From positions 21,546 to 85,545 of the forward strand of contig JAOPTW010000032.1 in the NCBI GenBank assembly GCA_051532035.1: 64,000 nucleotides of DNA, in the 5' to 3' direction. The stretch is from Fibrobacterales bacterium. GTDB lineage: Bacteria; Fibrobacterota; Fibrobacteria; Fibrobacterales; JAOPTW01. Under the pieces are notes generated by a model. It ran no database searches and was not told the DNA's origin. It saw only the letters and a list, made by a program, of their open reading frames with translations. The position numbers and the translations under genes were made by a program. Every line of letters begins with the position of its first letter. Position 1 is the stretch's first letter. This document shows positions 29,374 to 37,500 of this stretch, one piece after another.

Positions 29374-29405
29374 ATAGTCAGAAGCGGAATTCTTCTTCTG
29401 ACTAT
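29374..29405. other. Intercistronic stem-loop
   Basis: ATAGTCAGAAG-N10-CTTCTGACTAT. Confidence 0.5.
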
Positions 29406-29439
29406 CCTACAATCACGGTATACTCAAAAAGAGCACGCA

Positions 29440-30591
29440 ATGAATAGCACCCTTCCCCCAAATATCCCTTCGCCTTGTTTTATATTAGATGAAGCACTCC
29501 TTAAAAAAAATATTGAGACACTTCATGATGTCCAAATACTATCTGGTGCAAAAATCATTGTTGCCCTTAAAGGGTATGCCTTTAAAGAATCTTTTCCTCT
29601 CATTCGAAAATATTTACCGGGTACTACTGCGAGCTCACTTCACGAAGCACAACTTGCAGCAGAATACTTTGGTGGAGAAATTCACACCTATGCCCCGGCC
29701 TATCATCCTGATGAGATTGAAGAGATTGTAACGCTTTCATCACATATTACCTTTAACTCTCTCACAGAATGGGAGCGTTACAAAAATGCCTGCGCTCAAC
29801 ATCCCATATCTTGTGGTCTTCGCCTTAACCCTGAATATTCAGAAGTTGAACATGACATTTACAATCCATGCGTCACCGGTTCACGATTTGGCATTACTGC
29901 TCAGAATCTAAAAAATGCCGACCTGACTGGTATTGAAGGACTTCATTTCCATGCACTATGCGAACAGGGTTCAGATACACTCGAAAGAGTTTTTGAGCAC
30001 TTTGAAGAAAAGTTTGGATCACTCCTCCACTCTATGAAGTGGCTCAACATGGGGGGCGGACATCACATTACCCGAACAGGCTATGACCAACATCGGTTGA
30101 TTGCTCTTATTAAACGCATTCAGACCACCTATAACGTGAGAGTAACCCTCGAACCTGGCGAAGCTATTGGCCTGAATACAGGCCACCTTAAAACAACTGT
30201 TCTCGACATTGTCGATAATAGTTTTAAAACAGCAATGATCGACGCCTCTTTTGCTGCACACATGCCCGACTGCCTCGAGATGCCCTATTACCCAGAGATA
30301 GAAGGCGCTGAGTTTATAGGCGTCACACCACCAGATTCTACAGCAAGTGAATCAGTCTTTCGCCTTGGGGGAACCACCTGTATGGCTGGTGATTACCTCG
30401 GTTTTTACCGTTTTACATCCCCATTAAAGCCCGATGACACCATCATTTTTAAGGATATGATTCATTACACTATGGTAAAGACCAACCATTTTAATGGGGT
30501 AAAGCACCCCTCTATTGGAACCATACAGCTTGATGGCTCATTTGTTGAACATACCCGTTTTACCTACAATCACTACGCTGATAGAGTGTAG
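29440..30591 (+). CDS. nspC: Carboxynorspermidine decarboxylase
   Basis: ALKGYA, LHFHALCE, NMGGGHHITR, LEPGEA, HMPDCLEMPY, HYTMVK..FNG. Confidence 0.95.
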   Translation: MNSTLPPNIPSPCFILDEALLKKNIETLHDVQILSGAKIIVALKGYAFKESFPLIRKYLPGTTASSLHEAQLAAEYFGGEIHTYAPAYHPDEIEEIVTLSSHITFNSLTEWERYKNACAQHPISCGLRLNPEYSEVEHDIYNPCVTGSRFGITAQNLKNADLTGIEGLHFHALCEQGSDTLERVFEHFEEKFGSLLHSMKWLNMGGGHHITRTGYDQHRLIALIKRIQTTYNVRVTLEPGEAIGLNTGHLKTTVLDIVDNSFKTAMIDASFAAHMPDCLEMPYYPEIEGAEFIGVTPPDSTASESVFRLGGTTCMAGDYLGFYRFTSPLKPDDTIIFKDMIHYTMVKTNHFNGVKHPSIGTIQLDGSFVEHTRFTYNHYADRV

Positions 30592-30705
30592 CCCGATTTT
30601 CCAACACTGTTTTTACTGGCCCAAGATTGTGCTGAGTCTGTTACCTCTCGCATAGAAATACTATTTTTCAAAGATCAGGGTATTTAATCAAAGAAAGGAC
30701 ATACT

Positions 30706-31125
30706 ATGAGAGAACCACTATTAATCCTCCACTTTATCGGACTCGCACTCGGTCTTGGCACCAACATAACTCTTGGGTTTCTTGGAAGTATTGCCGCTAA
30801 AATGGAGAAAGAAGAACGCGAAGCATTTATGATGAAGTACCTCAAAATTTCGATACTTGGACAATCAGGAATGATCTTACTCCTCGTGACAGGACTCGCG
30901 CTCTCTGCCCCTATCGGTTCTACCCTACACCTCAACCATTTCTTTATGGTAAAAATTGTTGTCTATGTGGTTTTGTTAATCCTTATTTCTTTAATGATGC
31001 GCTTCTTGAAAAAAGCAAAAAAGGAGAATGGTGGGCCTGCTCTTTACGCAATTCGTAAAGTAAACCGAGTCATGACTGTTTTCATTGTTACCATATTGGT
31101 ACTCGCAGTGCTTGCATTTAAATAA
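30706..31125 (+). CDS. Four-TM membrane protein
   Basis: Four hydrophobic segments; AAGGA RBS. Confidence 0.75.
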   Translation: MREPLLILHFIGLALGLGTNITLGFLGSIAAKMEKEEREAFMMKYLKISILGQSGMILLLVTGLALSAPIGSTLHLNHFFMVKIVVYVVLLILISLMMRFLKKAKKENGGPALYAIRKVNRVMTVFIVTILVLAVLAFK

Positions 31126-31160
31126 TGTAATACTATTAAGACCTAGCCAAAAATCAATAT

Positions 31161-31316
31161 AAAAAAACAGCTCTCCTTCTTTGAAGGAGAGCTGTTTTTA
31201 ATCTGGGGGAGTTGAGATATATAAGAAACATATTGTTCCTACTCATAATATACTCCCAAGTTATTTCCTCCACAACTAAATTGAGGCACTCAATTATTAC
31301 TATAAGTAATAGAACA
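31161..31316 (-). ncRNA. Candidate small RNA 2 (~155 nt)
   Basis: TTGATA-N16-TATCAT promoter (31349-31322), short hairpins, CUCCCCC tract, terminator. Confidence 0.3.
31163..31199. terminator. Bidirectional intrinsic terminator
   Basis: AAAAACAGCTCTCCTTC-TTT-GAAGGAGAGCTGTTTTT. Confidence 0.85.
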
Positions 31317-31361
31317 CCCATATGATATTAATGGGGGCCTCTCTATCAAAGGAGTAGATAC

Positions 31362-31396
31362 AAAAATAGCCCGTATCTCATAAAGGCACGGGCTAT
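31362..31396 (-). terminator. Intrinsic terminator
   Basis: ATAGCCCGT...ACGGGCTAT stem followed by a T run on the minus strand. Confidence 0.7.
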
Positions 31397-31432
31397 CTTT
31401 TCTATATAGGGGGGGTGAAACTTTCGTTTCAT
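31362..31432 (-). ncRNA. Candidate small RNA 1 (~70 nt)
   Basis: TTGTTT-N17-TACATT promoter (31466-31438), UGAAAC-GAAA-GUUUCA hairpin, C7 tract, terminator. Confidence 0.4.
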
Positions 31433-31508
31433 GGACTAATGTATAACTATTCACCTGTTCAAACAAGTAAAGAGCCTATAAATACGGTTTCTTTACCTAA
31501 TCTTTACA

Positions 31509-32381
31509 TTAATCTCTGTAAAGTGAGTCCCTATGGGCCGCCTTCTTCATTTCAATATTGAAGTGAGCAAAGAACGAATGTACAAATGGATCTTTACATG
31601 CTTTATTTGCATGTGCACATATCGTTCCCGTTGTTTTATTACCCTCTATTACCTGAGAGATCAACACATTAAGAACCCCTATGGCACCAGACTGCATATC
31701 CTTACTATAGCCCTCTTTGAGTTCTTCTTCAAGTTGCTTAAACCACTGTACGGTAAAATTAAATCGACTCTGCTCTTCATCAAAAAAATGACTGATATGC
31801 TTATAGAGCATTTTAAGGTTTTCAAATCGTGTTGCTAAATTGGTCAATACCATTGGCGCCAACTCTTCTACTGCAACATTTCGAAGTACATATATTTCAA
31901 TATATCTAAATACCCCTATCGCACCAAATGCATCGAGATCATCACAAGCACACAGTATTGAAGCGATAGCCTTTTGAGAAGTACTTGAGTATACCATATT
32001 CTTATACTCTTTATCATCATGATGCTCCACCGCATCGAGTATAACCGCGAGATCATCACCTTCAACTTCACGAGACTCTTTAAAATAGTCCACACACATT
32101 TCACGACTTATCACCCCATGCCGCTTAGCGTACGTTTTAGTGAGACCAACGTCATGAAAAAAGACTGCTATGATGAGATTTGTTACTTCTTGTTTTGTAA
32201 ATGACTTACCATCGAGGGTCAACTCAATAACAAGATCTTTAGCCCGCTGCCAAACACGGAGATGATGCAATTGATCATGAGATGGAACTGAAACAGAAGC
32301 AAACTGTTCTTTACAATAAAGATAGAGCTTTTCAAGCCAAGCATCTTCTACCTTTTCTAAAACTGCCTCTATCTCTTTGAT
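31509..32381 (-). CDS. HD-domain phosphohydrolase, probably with a non-canonical ATC start
   Basis: PSHDQLHHLRVW, FFHDVG, HHD, DDLDAFGAIG; the frame extends 37 codons above the track start to GGAGG-N5-ATC. Confidence 0.8.
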   Translation of the reverse strand: MKEIEAVLEKVEDAWLEKLYLYCKEQFASVSVPSHDQLHHLRVWQRAKDLVIELTLDGKSFTKQEVTNLIIAVFFHDVGLTKTYAKRHGVISREMCVDYFKESREVEGDDLAVILDAVEHHDDKEYKNMVYSSTSQKAIASILCACDDLDAFGAIGVFRYIEIYVLRNVAVEELAPMVLTNLATRFENLKMLYKHISHFFDEEQSRFNFTVQWFKQLEEELKEGYSKDMQSGAIGVLNVLISQVIEGNKTTGTICAHANKACKDPFVHSFFAHFNIEMKKAAHRDSLYRD

Positions 32382-32420
32382 ACCCGCCTCCCCAAGCTCT
32401 TTACAATAAAAATTTTACAC

Positions 32421-34049
32421 CTATTTATGATTAGAGAAACTAATTTTATCCATTTTTATAGAAACTCCCCGCACCATTTTAATCTGAAGTGAATCAATTT
32501 TTTGATCTAATAACGCAAAACTTTCTATAGATATTTCCACTGCACTGAGCGTATCCTTTAATATCAGATATTTTTGATACCACCATTTTCCACCACTTTT
32601 AAGGCCAAGATACCTCGAAGCACTTCCTTTAGTACGAGAACCGGTGAGTGTAATGGTTTTAACATCACGTATATCGGGAAAACCCATAGAAACAGAGCCT
32701 ATCTCACTTTCATCGCCCACATTTTTTTCAAATAAATAATAAGCATCTTCTGGTTGCCCAACAGATATATTCTCGAGTCTGAGTGAAGGGTTCACAGAAT
32801 CAATAGCGTGGAATTGAGCTGATTCAGGGTCACTCAACTTAACTTTATAATCAAAATCACACAGCACTCTATCATACAAAACTTTCTCCAACTGTACCGT
32901 ATAGGTCATGGTATCAGAAATAAACAGATCAGTAGCAACAATACCAATGGAGACTTTACCCGCCTGCAGTTTACTGTTATCAGTATAGAAGGCTTGCTCA
33001 TCAGCAATGGTTATAATCGAATCGGTAATGGCAAAAAGGCCCAAGGTGTCCCCTATTATACTATAGGTCACCGGGTACTCATCTGCTCCAGTAGCTCGTA
33101 CAGTATCTACAACACCTCCCAAGGATAGTGAGTCGGGTAGTTCTATTGAATCATTAGCTATTGTGATCCCCTCTTGAACGACAGGAGTAAGAGGAGAATT
33201 CCAATAAGCAGGAGTGATTTCTTCATCACCAAAACACTTTAATGTCACATGAAAATAGTAGCCGACATCATTTTTTGAAATAGTATATGTGTTAGAGCTA
33301 AATACACTATCTATATCATCACTTTCGGTACCGCCTAATGACCTCTTCCACTCAACTTCTATTTCTGGGCTCGTGCCATCTACGCTCACACACTCTGCAT
33401 CACCCTCAAGACTTAATGTCGCTCCAGGCCTCATTTCACCAACTATTTTAGAACTATCAATTATTTCTGGTGGATCATTTCTTGGGTCAATATTGATTTT
33501 ATAGTATATCGAATCTCTATGTAGCCCATCAGTAACACCAATTTGAAAGAAGTCGACTCCATTTACATTGGGATATGGCGTATATCTATATGACGTTCCT
33601 TCTTGCTTCTCTAGTACCCCAAATTGACCACTATCTAACACCGACAGCGTGAGAATTGAACCAATGTCTTTATCTTGTATCTGAATCACAATTGATATAG
33701 AGTCATCTTCTGGTACCCCCACAGTAACAGTATCATATCCTAAAATTTTAGCCATAAATTGTGGTGAAAAATTATTCTCAGCAGGTGTAGAGTCAATTGA
33801 AGGAGAATTCGACTGTGCTGTATCATTTGGTGAAGCCTCCGGATCTTCAGGCGGCGCTACTATATTTGAGCTACTACTCTCGATAGCTATAGAACTTATA
33901 CCAAGATTTGAACTTTCATGATTCGCCACAGTTGCATCACTCGAACTGAGTTGACTCGAACTGAGTTCTCCCGTAAAAATACGCTCTGGTACACTACACC
34001 CCAAAGTAATAAGTATACTGAACGCTAAAAAATAAAACGATACTTTCAT
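32421..34049 (-). CDS. Surface lipoprotein: Ser-rich linker, Ig/cadherin-like modules, C-terminal beta-sandwich
   Basis: Lipobox TLGC; YRYTPYPNVNGVDFF..NDPP; YTISKNDVGYY. Confidence 0.75.
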   Translation of the reverse strand: MKVSFYFLAFSILITLGCSVPERIFTGELSSSQLSSSDATVANHESSNLGISSIAIESSSSNIVAPPEDPEASPNDTAQSNSPSIDSTPAENNFSPQFMAKILGYDTVTVGVPEDDSISIVIQIQDKDIGSILTLSVLDSGQFGVLEKQEGTSYRYTPYPNVNGVDFFQIGVTDGLHRDSIYYKINIDPRNDPPEIIDSSKIVGEMRPGATLSLEGDAECVSVDGTSPEIEVEWKRSLGGTESDDIDSVFSSNTYTISKNDVGYYFHVTLKCFGDEEITPAYWNSPLTPVVQEGITIANDSIELPDSLSLGGVVDTVRATGADEYPVTYSIIGDTLGLFAITDSIITIADEQAFYTDNSKLQAGKVSIGIVATDLFISDTMTYTVQLEKVLYDRVLCDFDYKVKLSDPESAQFHAIDSVNPSLRLENISVGQPEDAYYLFEKNVGDESEIGSVSMGFPDIRDVKTITLTGSRTKGSASRYLGLKSGGKWWYQKYLILKDTLSAVEISIESFALLDQKIDSLQIKMVRGVSIKMDKISFSNHK

Positions 34050-34058
34050 TTACACCCC

Positions 34059-34892
34059 CTAAAATGCAATGGTATATGTTATACCCATAAGTAAAAATGC
34101 ACCGGCTAATCCATAATAAATATTTCTTTTCGAAGAGTTATCACCTATTTGATCCCAATACTCAGGCTCCTCGTTATCTTCCCAGTCACTATCATTTTTA
34201 TTTTGTTTACTCAGTTTTTGATAGGTTGCATAATCGTCTCGAACCTTAAGCTCATACCAGAGCCCCCCTCCTCCTGCAATTGCTGCAAGAGTATAGAGAC
34301 CCACTTGAAGAAGCCTACTTTTTTCTATCCCTCTGGATCCGCTCACCCGCAAGTCAATGGTGCTTCCAATTTCAAGTTCAATCTCTTTAACAGACTTTCC
34401 TTTCTGAACTAAACGTGTCTCTTTTCGATCAATAAAGGCGCTGAGTTGTGCAGCGATCTTCATAGATCCAACGCTCTCTGCTTTTGCAAAGGATCCCTTT
34501 ACCTGTATCTCAATAATATGATCGGGATATCCTGTCTTTACATCAACAAGCTCCACAGAGAGAATGTGCAGGGGCCCATCTTTACGAACTGTACCGGTAA
34601 CAACTTTATCTACTCCATACATTATTCCTGATTGTATAACGCATTGAAGTGAGTCGCAATACCTCAGAGAACCAATATCATTGTCAACGAGTATTCCATC
34701 GAACTGATTACGCTCAACAATAGAAAAACGTTTTCTTTGTTTTAATTCGTCTTCAATAAGATCAGCAATATTCGTTAATACACGACGCTTACCATTATCA
34801 TAATTGAAAAAGTCGAGAACCGCAACCTTAGGGCGCACTTGAGCAGCGCAAATCTGCGCTAATACTGAGAAAATGATTAATAATCGTGTCAT
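34059..34892 (-). CDS. CsgG/FlgO/TolB-N-like exported protein with a C-terminal hydrophobic hairpin
   Basis: KVAVLDF..FSIVERNQFDGIL..C...C..G....VDKVVTGTV..LVDVKTG. Confidence 0.65.
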   Translation of the reverse strand: MTRLLIIFSVLAQICAAQVRPKVAVLDFFNYDNGKRRVLTNIADLIEDELKQRKRFSIVERNQFDGILVDNDIGSLRYCDSLQCVIQSGIMYGVDKVVTGTVRKDGPLHILSVELVDVKTGYPDHIIEIQVKGSFAKAESVGSMKIAAQLSAFIDRKETRLVQKGKSVKEIELEIGSTIDLRVSGSRGIEKSRLLQVGLYTLAAIAGGGGLWYELKVRDDYATYQKLSKQNKNDSDWEDNEEPEYWDQIGDNSSKRNIYYGLAGAFLLMGITYTIAF

Positions 34893-35099
34893 AATCTTTT
34901 CCGAAACAGAGTAATCAATATAGGAATTTCACTCAAACTTTGAGTAGATCTCTGCCCTCATCTCTTTCAACGCCTCAATTGCTTCAGCGATCCAATCTCA
35001 TATATGGAATTTAATGGAATGAGTATACCGAAAAACCTCGAAATAGTTATCAAAAACTATAGAGAAGCCCTTTGTAACCTATTTTTTTACAATGGGCCG

Positions 35100-37313
35100 T
35101 TACTCTGTTTTTACCAGTTTAAACCAATCAAGATCAAGATTGAGACTTCCAATAGTCATTTTAAAAGAGGCAGACCCCTCTTTATTCACAGTAATCGAAC
35201 CAATATCAAACTCTTGGAATTCTTTAGGGCTCTTATACAGCCCAGATTGTCTAAAGTCTGAAGTCCAGACATCATCATACGCATACCGTAGTATAACATC
35301 ACTATTACTCCCTATAGCAGCCCTGCAGACAATCTTATAGTCCCCTGCCAACAACATAATGTTTGACCAATAAAAAGTGTACCACTGAGCGGTAGGGCGC
35401 ACATAGGTCACGTCAGAATCTTTTAAGAGCGTAAGGGTGCTGTTATTTGCCTGTTTATCAAAATCGCGTTCAAATTCAACTGTAACGGTATCAGTAATAA
35501 AATCATAAAACCGCGCCTCTATATGTGTTGCTTCTGAAATAGATACCCTTATTTCTGGGTTAGCGCTATCAGGTATTATCAGTGATCCTTTTTTAACGAC
35601 CCATTTGTCAAAGAAATTTCCACTATTTGGAACGGCAGAAAAGTCAATTTCTTGTCCATGAAGCAATAAATACGGCCCCTCATTTTCGATGGCCCCAAAA
35701 TCTGTTGCTGATACCGTTAATGTTTCTGGCCCCGTAAATGACGACACCCACTCTGATCCTTCCATATTTATGAGCGCACCATAGGTATCGCTGACCTTCT
35801 CAATAACTGAAATCAGCGGTGCACTCTCTTCAAAAGGAACATACAGCAGTTCCGTTTCTGACACCTTTTCAAATCGTGACTTCGCCACACTCTTCTGAGT
35901 CAATGCATTGCCCCAAAGGATTACCTCATCAATAACACCATTGAAAAACTGATCCGCATACACACTACTCCCCCCCATATAAAATGAACGAATAGCCCCT
36001 CCTCGTGGTACAATAAGGTCTTTAGATCCCCAAGTTTTTCCATTACAATAGATACTCACATTACCAGTACCACTAATCACAACAGCCAGATGCGTCCACT
36101 CTCCTGGTACTACAGCATCAGCAGTAGATGTAAGAATATTACTCGTATTTTGATTATTAATTTCAAGACGTATTTGGTTATCACTCGTTCCCTCACTATA
36201 AAGCCCAATATAAGTACTATCAATAGTCGCTATTTCAAAGATTGCTCCAGCTCCAGGAGCATCAGGCCACTTTACCCACATCCCAACAGTTATTCCTGTC
36301 GTGAAATCTATATTAGCTAATGGTAGTGAAACCATGTCATCGACACCATCTAAAGAGAGTGCATTACTTTTAGGCGTATGATCGGGAAGAATGAGAACAA
36401 CAATTTCTTTTTCTATAACACCACCTCTACCATCACTCAGAGCAACGGCAAATGATTCTTCTCCTCGGAACCCAATGTGTGGAGTATAGAGCGCAGTCCC
36501 TTCATTAAAGGCCAGAGTACCCTGGCTTGGTGTACGACCTTCAACAGGCATCCCCCAGATTGAATCACCATCGAGGTCACTCCCTAGCATATCAATAATT
36601 ATTTCGGAGCCCGATTTCACTGATATGAACGCTTCATCTGGATTGGTGAATTGTGGTGGGTTATTACCCAAAGAGTCCTCAACGACACTATCTTTATCAA
36701 CCACAGTTTCAACCATCGATGATAATAGATCACTACTACTCGATACCACTACCTGTATTGACGACGATACACTTTGAGCACTGCTCAGCTGATTATCAGA
36801 AATGGTGGTATCAACAGGAATTGGCGTAACTGAGGCGGTTTCATATTTGCCAATAAAAGTATCAGTGTGCACAATCTCATTGAGCCAACTCAAATTGACA
36901 AGCTTTTCATCTGCTTTAACCATGATCATACGGGCCAAGTTTTGCGAACGAACCGACCCACCATTATTTATCTGATAATCAAGTTCTACTTGTCCAGCAT
37001 CTTTGAGGCTATCTTGTACCTGAATAAACGCATCAATCTCAGCAACAAGACGCGTTGCATAATTTTCACGAACTATTACCAATGAATCTATCACCCCAAG
37101 AACAATAATCATCGAATCAAGAGTAGCAACCGTATCATGTAATGCCATAAAGCCACTCAGAGTATCTTTAAAAGTAGGCTCTACACCGATACCATCACTC
37201 TGAGCAGAAGACACTCCACTCACTACCTCAGGTTCAATCACATCATTTGAACCACAACCAATACACAATACCAAAAAGATGAGTATCAATAAAAATTTAA
37301 CATGCCAATGCAT
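35100..37313 (-). CDS. Lipoprotein: Ig-like, LamG, InlB-B-like and CBM6/35-like modules
   Basis: Lipobox CIGC; ALSLDGVDD..WTHLAV..FNGVIDEV; VEFE..LDLDWF; ATG at 37313 with GGAGAG RBS preferred. Confidence 0.8.
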   Translation of the reverse strand: MHWHVKFLLILIFLVLCIGCGSNDVIEPEVVSGVSSAQSDGIGVEPTFKDTLSGFMALHDTVATLDSMIIVLGVIDSLVIVRENYATRLVAEIDAFIQVQDSLKDAGQVELDYQINNGGSVRSQNLARMIMVKADEKLVNLSWLNEIVHTDTFIGKYETASVTPIPVDTTISDNQLSSAQSVSSSIQVVVSSSSDLLSSMVETVVDKDSVVEDSLGNNPPQFTNPDEAFISVKSGSEIIIDMLGSDLDGDSIWGMPVEGRTPSQGTLAFNEGTALYTPHIGFRGEESFAVALSDGRGGVIEKEIVVLILPDHTPKSNALSLDGVDDMVSLPLANIDFTTGITVGMWVKWPDAPGAGAIFEIATIDSTYIGLYSEGTSDNQIRLEINNQNTSNILTSTADAVVPGEWTHLAVVISGTGNVSIYCNGKTWGSKDLIVPRGGAIRSFYMGGSSVYADQFFNGVIDEVILWGNALTQKSVAKSRFEKVSETELLYVPFEESAPLISVIEKVSDTYGALINMEGSEWVSSFTGPETLTVSATDFGAIENEGPYLLLHGQEIDFSAVPNSGNFFDKWVVKKGSLIIPDSANPEIRVSISEATHIEARFYDFITDTVTVEFERDFDKQANNSTLTLLKDSDVTYVRPTAQWYTFYWSNIMLLAGDYKIVCRAAIGSNSDVILRYAYDDVWTSDFRQSGLYKSPKEFQEFDIGSITVNKEGSASFKMTIGSLNLDLDWFKLVKTE

Positions 37314-37421
37314 TTCTCTCTCCAATAATCCCATTTTTTGGGATAACACAACAAACGAGCCCTCGTTTGCCACTAATATATTTTTTATAACAGGAGTTTC
37401 AATAGTGTAATTTACGATCTC

Positions 37422-37444
37422 AGCCTATCCTCTCAGGATAGGCT
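37422..37444. other. Intercistronic stem-loop
   Basis: AGCCTATCCT-CTC-AGGATAGGCT. Confidence 0.5.
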
Positions 37445-37500
37445 CATTTCACCACTCTGTGTATGAAAGTTTACAATGATCAAGGGTGAGAGGCTATAGG

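Noticed and set aside
31154..31246. 30-codon minus-strand ORF (MSRNNMFLIYL...) with a GGGAG RBS
   Set aside because: It runs straight through the strong terminator hairpin, so it is unlikely to be coding
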